From positions 22,089-85,434 of the forward strand of contig JBBIHC010000004.1 in the NCBI GenBank assembly GCA_037447235.1: a stretch of 63,346 bases of DNA. The letters are read 5' to 3'. The notes below the pieces were generated by a model, which ran no database searches, was not told the DNA's origin, and worked only from the letters and a program-made list of their open reading frames with translations. Source of the stretch: Candidatus Micrarchaeota archaeon (GTDB lineage: Archaea; Micrarchaeota; Micrarchaeia; Anstonellales; Bilamarchaeaceae). Position numbers and translations under genes: made by a program. Below, piece after piece: positions 54,427 to 63,346 of this stretch; within the stretch, counting starts at the first letter, position 1, and every line of letters begins with the position of its first letter.

Positions 54427-54908
54427 TGTTGTTTTTCCCTGTTGAAGTTCCATATCCTGTCCCCGACATAATGAAGATTTTTTACTGCCTTGCCCCTGTC
54501 CATGGATTTCATTTCTGCCGAACCGGCCAATGCCAGCCCCACTGCAAGATTTTTTCCAAAATTCTGGTCAACCACGACAACAACATCGCCAGCTTCTATG
54601 CCGTCATCAAACGCGACGATGCCTGGACGCATTATGTCCGCCCCGTTCACCAGAAACCTGACCGCGCCCATGTCCACCGTAATTTTTTTCAGCGTAATGC
54701 CGGGCTGCTCCTGCAACAGCATTAATGTCGGCAAAATCTTTCCCTCTGCTTCAAAAAGCACTGGCCGGCTCTCCAGCAGGATGAGTTTTGCCTGCATATC
54801 CAGGAAAAGACCCTCAACCCTGCCTTTAACCGGCAATTGAAAGCCGAAGCTTATTCTTTGATTGAGCTCCCTGATTTCAGCCTTGCTCAAGGACAGTTTT
54901 TTTGCCAT
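54423..54908 (-). CDS. PUA-domain RNA-binding protein (Tma20/MCT-1-like)
   Basis: 161 aa. C-terminal PUA pattern VNGADIMRPGIVAFDDGIEAGDVVVVVD. Confidence 0.85.
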   Translation of the reverse strand: MAKKLSLSKAEIRELNQRISFGFQLPVKGRVEGLFLDMQAKLILLESRPVLFEAEGKILPTLMLLQEQPGITLKKITVDMGAVRFLVNGADIMRPGIVAFDDGIEAGDVVVVVDQNFGKNLAVGLALAGSAEMKSMDRGKAVKNLHYVGDRIWNFNREKQQ

Positions 54909-54914
54909 ATCTGC

Positions 54915-55826
54915 TCATCTCCTGGCCCGCATATGATAAAAATCGCTTTCTTCTGCGATATCCGGCTTTTTCTTGCATTCGCGGTACCTCATTGAATCGA
55001 TATCCTCTTCAAGGCGCTTCTGCAACACCCGCTCCACGAAATCCTTTTGCGGCTCGACCGAGGCATTTATGTTCCTTGAGAGGTAATGAAAGTTCAGGTC
55101 CGTCGTAACCTGGCCCCCGTATGCCCTGTAAATGCAATCATTCCACTGGTCCGGATAGATGCCGGTGATTTTTGAAACAGAGTCAAAACCATAGTCAAAT
55201 ATGTCAACAACGCCGCGGGGATTAAGCCCCTTTATGCAAGCCAGGAGGTGCTTTTTGGCGAAGATGTTTATCGGCACGACATATCCTTTTGGCATTTCAT
55301 CCATATACGCCTTGATTTCTTCGTCCCCCCCAAATGGCTTAAAGGCATTTTTTCCGTTTTCAATATGAAGCTCCAGCAACCCATTTTCGGTCCTCATCAA
55401 CAGCTTCGCTGGCAGGTCGCTGTAGAGCTCATTGGACAGCACGTAGTCTGCCGACTTGACAAAAGTCGGAATGCCCTCGTACACGATGCCATCCACATTA
55501 AAACCAAAGGCGTCCCCGCGCTTCACGGCGTTTTTTACAAGGATTTCTGAAATGTCGCAAACATGATAAAGCACCCGTTCGGCAAAAGACGGGTCTTTCT
55601 TTCTCAGAGCAAGCATAAAAGATATAAAAAGAGTGCCGGCGCCTATCCCCATCTCATAAATGTTTATTGTCCCCCGCCTGCTTGTTCTGGAGTAAAAATC
55701 CAGCGCTATCGCCTCGGAGAAATGCTTGTCTGCGGCAAAAGTCTTGAAATCCTTGAGAAAATCCAGGCCGCGCTTGGTGTAATAATCCCGATTTTTCTCT
55801 TCCTGGTACACATCAAAAGAGACCAT
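54915..55826 (-). CDS. SAM-dependent methyltransferase, MidA/DUF185-like (tentative)
   Basis: 303 aa. IYEMGIGAGTL motif I and SNELYSDLPAKLL, resembling the MidA NEL.DALP motif. Confidence 0.65.
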   Translation of the reverse strand: MVSFDVYQEEKNRDYYTKRGLDFLKDFKTFAADKHFSEAIALDFYSRTSRRGTINIYEMGIGAGTLFISFMLALRKKDPSFAERVLYHVCDISEILVKNAVKRGDAFGFNVDGIVYEGIPTFVKSADYVLSNELYSDLPAKLLMRTENGLLELHIENGKNAFKPFGGDEEIKAYMDEMPKGYVVPINIFAKKHLLACIKGLNPRGVVDIFDYGFDSVSKITGIYPDQWNDCIYRAYGGQVTTDLNFHYLSRNINASVEPQKDFVERVLQKRLEEDIDSMRYRECKKKPDIAEESDFYHMRARR

Positions 55827-55876
55827 AAAACAAATGCGATGGTAAGTAATTTAAATGCTTTCAGAGAAGCAAGAGC

Positions 55877-56437
55877 ATGGCACTCAAAAAGTATGTTCTG
55901 GACACTTCCCTGTTTGTCAATCCCGGCGCAAGAAAGAGTTTTGGAAATAACCCTGACGAAGCGGTAAAAAAATTCATCCAGACCGCAAAGAAAAAAGATG
56001 ACACCTTGTTTTTCATTACGCCGCTGACTTTCAGAGAGCTGCAGAATTTCATAAGCAAGAAAACTGCGGAAGAACTTGCAGCATTCATCAAGCAGCGCTC
56101 TGCCAACCTTTATTCCATCTATCTGCCCGCAGCGGTGTTTTACAAGTTTGTGGACAACATACGCTCAAGAATAGACAAAGGCCTGAGAATAGCCGAGCAA
56201 TTCGCGATAGACAACAAGCCGGACAATCAGGCAAAGCTCAGGCAGCTCAGGGAAAAATACCGCTCAGCCTTGCGCACCGGCATAATAGACAGCAAAGAGG
56301 ATTTTGAAGCCCTGATGCTGGCCAAAGAGCTTGAGGCGGTGGTGGTAACAGCTGACGAGGGAGTAATCGGCTTTGCTGACGAGATAGGCTGCGAATGGCT
56401 TAACGCGGCCCATTTCTACAAAACATTAAAATCGTAG
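55877..56437 (+). CDS. PIN-like RNA ligase partner protein (MJ_0950 family, tentative)
   Basis: 186 aa. N-terminus KKYVLDTSLFVNPGARKSFG..A..F resembles that family, recalled from memory only. C-terminal VVTADEGV. Confidence 0.65.
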   Translation: MALKKYVLDTSLFVNPGARKSFGNNPDEAVKKFIQTAKKKDDTLFFITPLTFRELQNFISKKTAEELAAFIKQRSANLYSIYLPAAVFYKFVDNIRSRIDKGLRIAEQFAIDNKPDNQAKLRQLREKYRSALRTGIIDSKEDFEALMLAKELEAVVVTADEGVIGFADEIGCEWLNAAHFYKTLKS

Positions 56438-56447
56438 CCCCTGGGCC

Positions 56448-57074
56448 TCAGTCTTTTTTGAACTTGCCGAATTTTTCCCTGTTTTCACCTGCGGCTTTCT
56501 CAGAAAGAACCTCGGCTTCTATCTTTTTACGCGACTTTTTCTCTACCAGCGGCTCTTTTACCGCCTTGTTGTTTTTTAGGGCAACTATCTCCGCTTCTTT
56601 TTTCCTGAAGCCAAAAAAAGACAAAATGGCGTCGATTATCTTTTGGAAGAATGATTTCTCCTTGCGCACGACTACTTTTACCGGCGGGCTGAAAGGCTTT
56701 CTTCCTGCGAGCGTTGCCTTTTCCTGCTCTTCCTGCAGGCAAAAGGCACACAACCTCCTGCCATTGAATATGTAGAATACTTCCGCTTCCCTGCCGCACC
56801 TTTCGCAGGTATTCTGGTATGAGAGCACCGATGTGGTTAGTTTTTCTTTTTTAGGCTTGAACTTTGCTTCTTCCTGCCTCTCGTCAGCCAAGCAATTGGG
56901 GCAGAGCCACATTCCCTTGTACTGCTGAAACTCGTATGCCGGAAGGTACATCTTGCACTTTGCACATTGCCTGTAAAACCCATAAAAGCTGCAGTTCTCG
57001 CAGTACGGCAAGCCGTCAATGCCGTATTCAACTTCCCCTTTCTTGCCGCATCTTGAGCATATCCCCTTTGTCAT
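56448..57074 (-). CDS. triple zinc-ribbon protein with Lys-rich tail
   Basis: 208 aa. Three CxxC..CxxC units (C6/C9-C25/C28, C37/C40-C58/C61, C90/C93-C109/C112). Amphipathic FFQKIIDAILSFFGF, then a K/E-rich tail. Confidence 0.65.
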   Translation of the reverse strand: MTKGICSRCGKKGEVEYGIDGLPYCENCSFYGFYRQCAKCKMYLPAYEFQQYKGMWLCPNCLADERQEEAKFKPKKEKLTTSVLSYQNTCERCGREAEVFYIFNGRRLCAFCLQEEQEKATLAGRKPFSPPVKVVVRKEKSFFQKIIDAILSFFGFRKKEAEIVALKNNKAVKEPLVEKKSRKKIEAEVLSEKAAGENREKFGKFKKD

Positions 57075-57096
57075 GAAACTTCATTCTCTCAGACGA

Positions 57097-58029
57097 TTAT
57101 TCAGTTGTTATTTTCCAGCCTTTTTCGCCCCTTACTATCTTCAACTTATCCAGAGTTTCTTTTATGACCCCCTGTATCTGCTTCTGTTCGTTTCCGTTCT
57201 TGTCATTAATATGTTTTTTCACTTCCCCTAATATGGTTTGTTTGGCCGAATCGCTTAACACAAATGTTTTCTCTTCTTTTGCGTGTTGCTTGTTTCCCAC
57301 CAAAAATTTTTTCCCCAAATACAGATTATATATATTTTTTCCTTTTCCTATAGGAATACGAACATAGCCCTTATTATTTTCTGAAAAAGAGCTGTCCGAC
57401 ACCTCCATTTCCATCCCGCCAGAACCGCGTTCTGTTATCGTTCCTTTGAACGCCAACCAGTCCCTGCCCTTTATTACTTCAAATGAGCTTGATGTCTCGG
57501 CGCCAGTCTCACGCTCCAGGGACGGCTGTTCTGGCGGCTTCTCGGTTTTTTTTGGTGCTGCCATGAACAGGGGCTCCTTACCGGAAACTGCCGAGGGCAA
57601 TTCTATGGGTCCGCTTGGAGCCGGGCCGGGTGCCGCGGGCTTCATTTTTTCAGGCACCAGAAGGGTGGATGGGATGGCTGGTTTATTCTCCGGCTTTTGT
57701 TCCGTCACTCGCGGCGCCTCTTTTCGCGCGGGCGCATAATAAATCGTTGATGGGAGAGGGATGCTGTTTTTCTGGAGTTCGTTTCTTATACGCGTCTCTA
57801 ATTCTTCGCCTGAAAGCGTGTTTTCTTTTTTTATGGCAATCAAAACGAGCACCGGACCTTTATCTGTCATAAATAACTTGGACGGCAAGACAAAATAGCC
57901 TTTTTCCTGCAAAGGGCGGGTTTCAGTGCCAATCTGCCTCCAAGCAGCATCAGTTGGCGCAAATTTCCTGATTATTATCGTTTCTTCCTCTTTTTGTTTT
58001 CCTGCGACAGGCAATGTTTGTGGGGCCAT
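57097..58029 (-). CDS. hypothetical protein with Pro-rich central linker
   Basis: Start chosen at MAPQTLPV (58029) because the extension to 58095 runs through the AT-rich divergent promoter region. No family recognised. Confidence 0.55.
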   Translation of the reverse strand: MAPQTLPVAGKQKEEETIIIRKFAPTDAAWRQIGTETRPLQEKGYFVLPSKLFMTDKGPVLVLIAIKKENTLSGEELETRIRNELQKNSIPLPSTIYYAPARKEAPRVTEQKPENKPAIPSTLLVPEKMKPAAPGPAPSGPIELPSAVSGKEPLFMAAPKKTEKPPEQPSLERETGAETSSSFEVIKGRDWLAFKGTITERGSGGMEMEVSDSSFSENNKGYVRIPIGKGKNIYNLYLGKKFLVGNKQHAKEEKTFVLSDSAKQTILGEVKKHINDKNGNEQKQIQGVIKETLDKLKIVRGEKGWKITTE

Positions 58030-58180
58030 ACTATCACTTATTAGTTTTATAAACGAAATATTTAATAAAAACGCTGCCCGCCCCACATCCATCATCCATG
58101 CACGCTGCCGGTAAAACTTCCTTCAGACCATTGCCGGAAAGAAAATGTTTAAATATTGTTTAGCTGAATTTAACAACCGT

Positions 58181-58702
58181 ATGGGGGAGATTAGTTACAA
58201 GGCGCTCAGGGAGATACAGCAAAAGGAGTTTTCTTCGCCCAAATTGAGCCAGCTGGACGATGATTTTTATGCTGCCGCAGATGCCTTCATAAAACAAAAA
58301 AAGGACGAAGCGTTCTCCTCAAACTCAATACTGAGGATAAGGGAATTTGAAAACCTGCAGAAAATAGTCGCCGCAATAAAGGAAAAACGGGAAGAGAAAA
58401 TTGTTTTGATGGCGCTAAGGGGCGAAAAGGTCAACGGGTTTTTAACGCCGCAAGAAAAGGCTCTCTTTGACAAACTTGCTTCCGTCCTTGCAGAATTCCG
58501 TTCATCAACAGAGGCTGCCACTGACAAAAAGAGCCAGGATGAAAGGCTAAAAGTAAAAATTATAAAAGATATTGAAGCATATAAAGGATTGGATGGAAAC
58601 ATCTACGGCCCTTATAAGCAGGATGAGATAACCCTTCTGCCAAAAACCGAAGTGGAATGGCTGATAAAGGCAAAAATGGCCGAAATGCTGGTGACACGAT
58701 AG
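58181..58702 (+). CDS. GINS subunit (Gins51-like)
   Basis: The pattern L.EIQ.KE.SS.KL..L.DDFY and the C-terminal VKIIKDIEAYKGLDGNIYGPYKQDEITLLP match the archaeal GINS A+B domain organisation. An alternative start is at 58145. Confidence 0.7.
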   Translation: MGEISYKALREIQQKEFSSPKLSQLDDDFYAAADAFIKQKKDEAFSSNSILRIREFENLQKIVAAIKEKREEKIVLMALRGEKVNGFLTPQEKALFDKLASVLAEFRSSTEAATDKKSQDERLKVKIIKDIEAYKGLDGNIYGPYKQDEITLLPKTEVEWLIKAKMAEMLVTR

Positions 58703-58716
58703 TGTCGGGTGATTAA

Positions 58717-59001
58717 ATGAAATTTCCGAATCAGGTCAACGCATATTGCCCCTTCTGCAAAAAGCACGAAGTGCACAAAGCAAAAGTGGCGAGCAAAGGA
58801 GCTGCAAGGACGCTTGCAAGAGGCACGCGAGCGCACGAACGAAAACTTCTTGGCCACGGAGGCAAGCGCGCGGGCAAAAAAACTGTAAAAAAGCAGGGAA
58901 AAAGGCAAAAGCTGATTCTTCAATGCCAAACCTGCAAGAAAAAACATCAGCGGGTGCTTGGAGGCGGAAGAATTACCAAAAAGGTTGAAATAAAGGTGTG
59001 A
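58717..59001 (+). CDS. rpl44e: 50S ribosomal protein L44e
   Basis: 94 aa. CPFCKKH..CQTCKKKH zinc ribbon. Conserved L44e-S27e-aIF2alpha-Nop10 gene order. Confidence 0.95.
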   Translation: MKFPNQVNAYCPFCKKHEVHKAKVASKGAARTLARGTRAHERKLLGHGGKRAGKKTVKKQGKRQKLILQCQTCKKKHQRVLGGGRITKKVEIKV

Positions 59002-59005
59002 TCAT

Positions 59006-59170
59006 ATGGTTTCAAAGTTTTATGACGTGAAATGCGAGTGCGGAAATGTAAAGAGGGTATTCAGCCACACTACGATAGAGGTAAAATGCGATAAATGCGG
59101 GAAAACCGTGGCTTACAACCAGGGCGGAAAGGCCGTTATAAAAGGCGAGATAATAAAGGAGTACGGGTGA
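59006..59170 (+). CDS. rps27e: 30S ribosomal protein S27e
   Basis: Hand-translated 54 aa: MVSKFYDVKCECGNVKRVFSHTTIEVKCDKCGKTVAYNQGGKAVIKGEIIKEYG. Confidence 0.92.
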   Translation: MVSKFYDVKCECGNVKRVFSHTTIEVKCDKCGKTVAYNQGGKAVIKGEIIKEYG

Positions 59171-59228
59171 TGAACTGACCGAGCTTCCGGAAGAAAACGA
59201 GCTTGTCATAGCGATAATAAAAAAAATA

Positions 59229-59942
59229 ATGCCTTACGGGGCGATTTGCCAGCTGCTGGAATACGGCAATAGCGAAGCATTCCTGCACATCTCCGAAGTT
59301 GCGCCGCGATGGATAAAAAACATTCACGAGTTTATCTCGGAGGGCCAGCGCGTCGTTGCCAAAGTCCACAGGATAGACAAGGAAAAATGCCAGATAGATG
59401 TCTCCCTAAAAAGAGTGAACGAAGAGGAAAAAAGAAGAAAACTGGAACAGGTTAATTTTAGCAACAGGGCAAAAAAACTGATAGAAGTCGCCTTGCAGAA
59501 GGTAAAAGGAAAAAAGAGCACTCCTGAAGAGATAATAAAAATGATGGAAGAGAAGTATGGAGACGCCTATTCGTGCCTAAAAGAAGTTGCTGAAAAAGGA
59601 AAACAGGTTTTGGAAGAACTGGGGCTCCCAAAGCCGCTCATAGCGCCGCTTACCGAAGTAGCCGAGAAAAACATAAAGAAACAGGTTATCAAAGTTGACG
59701 CCATCATAAGGTTTTCCTGCTTTGGCGGCGAAGGAACAGGGGTTGTAAAAGAGGGCATAATCAACGCCATAAAAAATAAGAAGTGCACTGCGCACTACCT
59801 GGGGGCGCCGCGATACAAGCTGAGCCTGGTCGGGGATGACTACAAAACCGCCGAAAAGGAAATGGACGAAGTCATAGACATAATAAGCGATTACGCAAAG
59901 AAAAATTATTGCAATTTTGAAGTTGAGGGGAAAACAAAATGA
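59229..59942 (+). CDS. eif2a: translation initiation factor 2 alpha subunit (aIF2-alpha)
   Basis: S1 domain GAICQLLEYGNSEAFLHISEVAPRWIKNIHEF. The first ATG/GTG/TTG in frame is 59229, yet conserved-looking N-terminal residues (ELPEENELVIAIIKKI) are encoded in frame upstream. Confidence 0.9.
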   Translation: MPYGAICQLLEYGNSEAFLHISEVAPRWIKNIHEFISEGQRVVAKVHRIDKEKCQIDVSLKRVNEEEKRRKLEQVNFSNRAKKLIEVALQKVKGKKSTPEEIIKMMEEKYGDAYSCLKEVAEKGKQVLEELGLPKPLIAPLTEVAEKNIKKQVIKVDAIIRFSCFGGEGTGVVKEGIINAIKNKKCTAHYLGAPRYKLSLVGDDYKTAEKEMDEVIDIISDYAKKNYCNFEVEGKTK

Positions 59943-60100
59943 AAAAACTTATGCGCTGTACGAAATGCGGTGCATACACCCTCAATGATACCCATTGCGG
60001 CCTGCCGGCCGCCTCTGCCCATCCGCCCATCTTCAACCCAAACGACAAATACGGAAAATACAGAAGGAGGGCAAAAAACATTGGTGAGCACCATGAATAA
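59939..60100 (+). CDS. nop10: H/ACA RNP protein Nop10
   Basis: Hand-translated 53 aa: MKKLMRCTKCGAYTLNDTHCGLPAASAHPPIFNPNDKYGKYRRRAKNIGEHHE. ATGA overlap with eif2a. Confidence 0.9.
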   Translation: MKKLMRCTKCGAYTLNDTHCGLPAASAHPPIFNPNDKYGKYRRRAKNIGEHHE

Positions 60101-60860
60101 AACTGTCATAATTGAAAAAACAAAATTGAAGAAAAAGCTAAAAAACGGCGTTCTTGTGGTCGGGCTGCCCGGCATAGGGCTCATAGGGCAAATAGCGGCA
60201 AAATACATGACAAAAGAAATGAAAGCGAAGCCCCTCGCTGTCCTTTATTCGCCTTATTTCCCGCACCAGGTGTTTATGACGAAAAAAGGCACCCTAAGGA
60301 TGATAAAAAACAGCTTTTACATAACAAAAACAAAAAAAGCTGACCTTGTCCTGCTTTTCGGCGACATCCAGCCCATAAGCTCAAAAGGGCAGTATGAAAG
60401 CGCAGGCGAGATACTTCAATATGCAAAAAAAATAGGCATAAAAAAAATAATAACAATCGGCGGCTACAGCACAAACGAGATGGCAGAAAAAAGAAGGATT
60501 TTCGGCGTTGTTACAAATGCCGACAGAATAAAAGAGCTTGCCAAACTCGGCGTGGTTTTCGGCGAAGCAAAGGGGTCCATAGTGGGGGCCGCAGGGCTCC
60601 TGCCGGCGCTCGCACGATTATATGGGATTGAGGGGGTCTGCCTTCTTGGAGAAACCCACGGCGCTTATATTGATACCGCGGCAGCCAAGGAGATAATCCA
60701 GATTTTGTCCAGATACCTTTCATTTGACATAAACCTAAAGAGGATAGAACTGCGGGCAAAGAAAACGGAAAAAATCATAAAGGGAATAGAGAAAGAGATA
60801 AGAAAAAGCATGGAAGAAGAGCAGCAACAAGAAGGAAAAACGATTTCTTACATAAGGTGA
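60093..60860 (+). CDS. PAC2-family proteasome assembly chaperone-like protein
   Basis: Start at MNKTVII. LVVGLPGIGLIGQIAAKYM N-terminal motif. Conserved position after nop10. Confidence 0.8.
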   Translation: MNKTVIIEKTKLKKKLKNGVLVVGLPGIGLIGQIAAKYMTKEMKAKPLAVLYSPYFPHQVFMTKKGTLRMIKNSFYITKTKKADLVLLFGDIQPISSKGQYESAGEILQYAKKIGIKKIITIGGYSTNEMAEKRRIFGVVTNADRIKELAKLGVVFGEAKGSIVGAAGLLPALARLYGIEGVCLLGETHGAYIDTAAAKEIIQILSRYLSFDINLKRIELRAKKTEKIIKGIEKEIRKSMEEEQQQEGKTISYIR

Positions 60861-60864
60861 ATGG

Positions 60865-61335
60865 ATGGCCCAGCGCCTGACAAAGGCGTCATATTCAAAA
60901 AAACAAAACCGCCCCCCGTTCTGTTGCGGCGCAGCCAGGGCCGACAGGAAGAGGGGGCAGATAACCATAGAATACCTTGTGCTTTCCGTGGTCGCCCTTG
61001 CCCTGCTTTCGGTCTCAATCACGATACTGCTGCAGATAAACAAGGCATCCCATCAGGCAATAGACAACATCGCATTCAGAAAATCCGCTCTTGACCTCCA
61101 TGCTACTGTTGAAGAAGTTTGCGCGCTTGGCGCCGGGAATTCCAGGACGGTCATGATAAAGAGGGATATTATGGTATCCAGGAGCGGGCAGGACATGATC
61201 CTGGAAAACAAAGACATCGGTTCAATAAAAATTGAACTGGTCTGCCCTTATGACATAACTGGCGATGGCGAGCTAAAAAGCGGCGAGGTAACGATCACGG
61301 CAAAAAAAGATGGAATAGAAATCAAAAATGCCTGA
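60865..61335 (+). CDS. class III signal peptide (archaeal type IV pilin-like) protein
   Basis: 156 aa. RKRGQ/ITIEYLVLSVVALALLSV prepilin-type cleavage context after an unusually long leader of about 31 aa. Confidence 0.65.
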   Translation: MAQRLTKASYSKKQNRPPFCCGAARADRKRGQITIEYLVLSVVALALLSVSITILLQINKASHQAIDNIAFRKSALDLHATVEEVCALGAGNSRTVMIKRDIMVSRSGQDMILENKDIGSIKIELVCPYDITGDGELKSGEVTITAKKDGIEIKNA

Positions 61336-61364
61336 CGCGCCGCACTGCGGCTAATTCGCTGCCA

Positions 61365-62357
61365 TTATTCCCTTCTGTCTATTATGTCTTCGCTGTCTTT
61401 TCCTGTCCCAATGAGACCGACCGGGATGCCAATCTGCTTTTCTACCTGCTCCACAAACTGCCTGGCTTCTTTTGTCAGGTTGTTGAATTCCTTCGCGCGC
61501 GCATTTGCAGGAAACCTAACATCGAGTTTTGTCAGCGCTATCATCGTGGCGCTGTTTATCATGGCTGCCAGTTTGAGGTCTTCCCAGTGGAGCTCAAGCG
61601 AAGTCCGCCTCGGCCTGCCGGTGACCGTGCCGTATTCCTGTATGCCGAGCCGTTCGGCTTCCTCTCTTGCCATCTCGCTCTTAAACGGCCCGCCACCAAC
61701 ACGGGTCGTATAAGACTTGATTACCATGATTACATCGTCTATTTTTTTCGGGCCAAGGCCCACATCCGCGGCTATGCTTGAAGCGCTCGTGTCTTTTGAG
61801 GTGCAAAAAGGGTATGTGCCATAATATACCGAGAGCATAAAACCCTGCGTGCCCTCGACAAGGACTTCCTTCGCGGCATTTACCTCTTTTGCCACGTCGG
61901 TGAGGTATGGCTTAAGTTCATCACACTCGCCAACCGTCCCGGCTGCCCTTTTCGCGCGGTCCATCACGGCAGGTCCGCATCCCGTGTTGGTGCTTCCTAT
62001 TTTGCCGGCAGTTTCTGTCCTGTCCCTCTCTACGTGCTCTTTTGTCAGCCAGGTCGCGCGAAAATCCACCCCACACCGTTTTTCGTCTGCGCCGATAAGT
62101 TTTACTTCATTGAGAAAAACTGCTGGGTCTACAACCACGCCAGCACCGATCAACAGCCTAGCTTTCTCGTTCACGAAGCCGCAGGAAAGCATCCTCATCG
62201 GATAGCGCTTTCCCCTGTGATTGACCTCATGGCCAGCGTTCGGCCCGACGCCGCCACGCGCTATGACTTCCGGATTGTCGTGCAGCGCAAGATAAGAAAT
62301 GATCTTTCCCTTGCCCTCGTCCCCGTATTGTCCGCCAACAACGATGTTTTTTGCCAT
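61365..62357 (-). CDS. purA: adenylosuccinate synthetase
   Basis: Start at [19 protein letters not shown] (P-loop). The ORF extension to 62462 is hydrophobic and AT-rich. Confidence 0.95.
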   Translation of the reverse strand: MAKNIVVGGQYGDEGKGKIISYLALHDNPEVIARGGVGPNAGHEVNHRGKRYPMRMLSCGFVNEKARLLIGAGVVVDPAVFLNEVKLIGADEKRCGVDFRATWLTKEHVERDRTETAGKIGSTNTGCGPAVMDRAKRAAGTVGECDELKPYLTDVAKEVNAAKEVLVEGTQGFMLSVYYGTYPFCTSKDTSASSIAADVGLGPKKIDDVIMVIKSYTTRVGGGPFKSEMAREEAERLGIQEYGTVTGRPRRTSLELHWEDLKLAAMINSATMIALTKLDVRFPANARAKEFNNLTKEARQFVEQVEKQIGIPVGLIGTGKDSEDIIDRRE

Positions 62358-62509
62358 ACAAAAACCCCTGATGATTATTGGTTTAATAAAATTAATATAT
62401 TTAAAAAGATGCCCGACAACAAAGAGGACAAAAAAAACATTCAAAACAATAAGAAGACTCATGCTTCAATTAGAGAAGTACGTTAAGTAACCCTCGCACA
62501 ACGCAATTT

Positions 62510-63346
<837 letters not shown>

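Overview
This is an archaeal chromosomal window. The evidence is an archaeal-type 16S rRNA 3' part, a 7S SRP RNA, two intron-containing tRNAs, and aIF5A, aIF2-alpha, Nop10, MCM, GINS, DnaG, Hjc and a class V FBP aldolase/phosphatase. Genes are tightly packed, with many ATGA-type or 4-30 nt overlaps, and GGTG-like Shine-Dalgarno motifs match the 16S tail GATCACCTCC. Most of the roughly 75 CDS are housekeeping: translation, replication, nucleotide synthesis, and oxidative-stress defence (rubrerythrin, desulfoferrodoxin, TrxR, PDO, nitroreductase). Several features suggest a small-genome, uncultivated, DPANN-like archaeon: the 16S is followed by purA rather than 23S, helix 45 carries an insertion, and there are ankyrin proteins, small Cys-rich secreted proteins and class III signal peptide proteins. 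That lineage is an inference only. I saw no CRISPR array, transposase, integrase or reverse transcriptase. The regions most worth a second look are: (1) a ~275-nt non-coding element at 52.49-52.77 kb closed by a 13-bp helix with a possible pseudoknot; (2) a 612-bp AT-rich gene desert at 38.8-39.4 kb with dyad AGTAAAC boxes, plus a 13-mer repeated three times (candidate origin or operator array); (3) a three-way-junction structure in the leader of the FBP aldolase/phosphatase gene; (4) a 42-nt insertion in 16S helix 45; (5) an orphan AbiEii-type nucleotidyltransferase next to a secreted metzincin/disintegrin-like Cys-rich protein. All coordinates were hand-counted and no searches were run.
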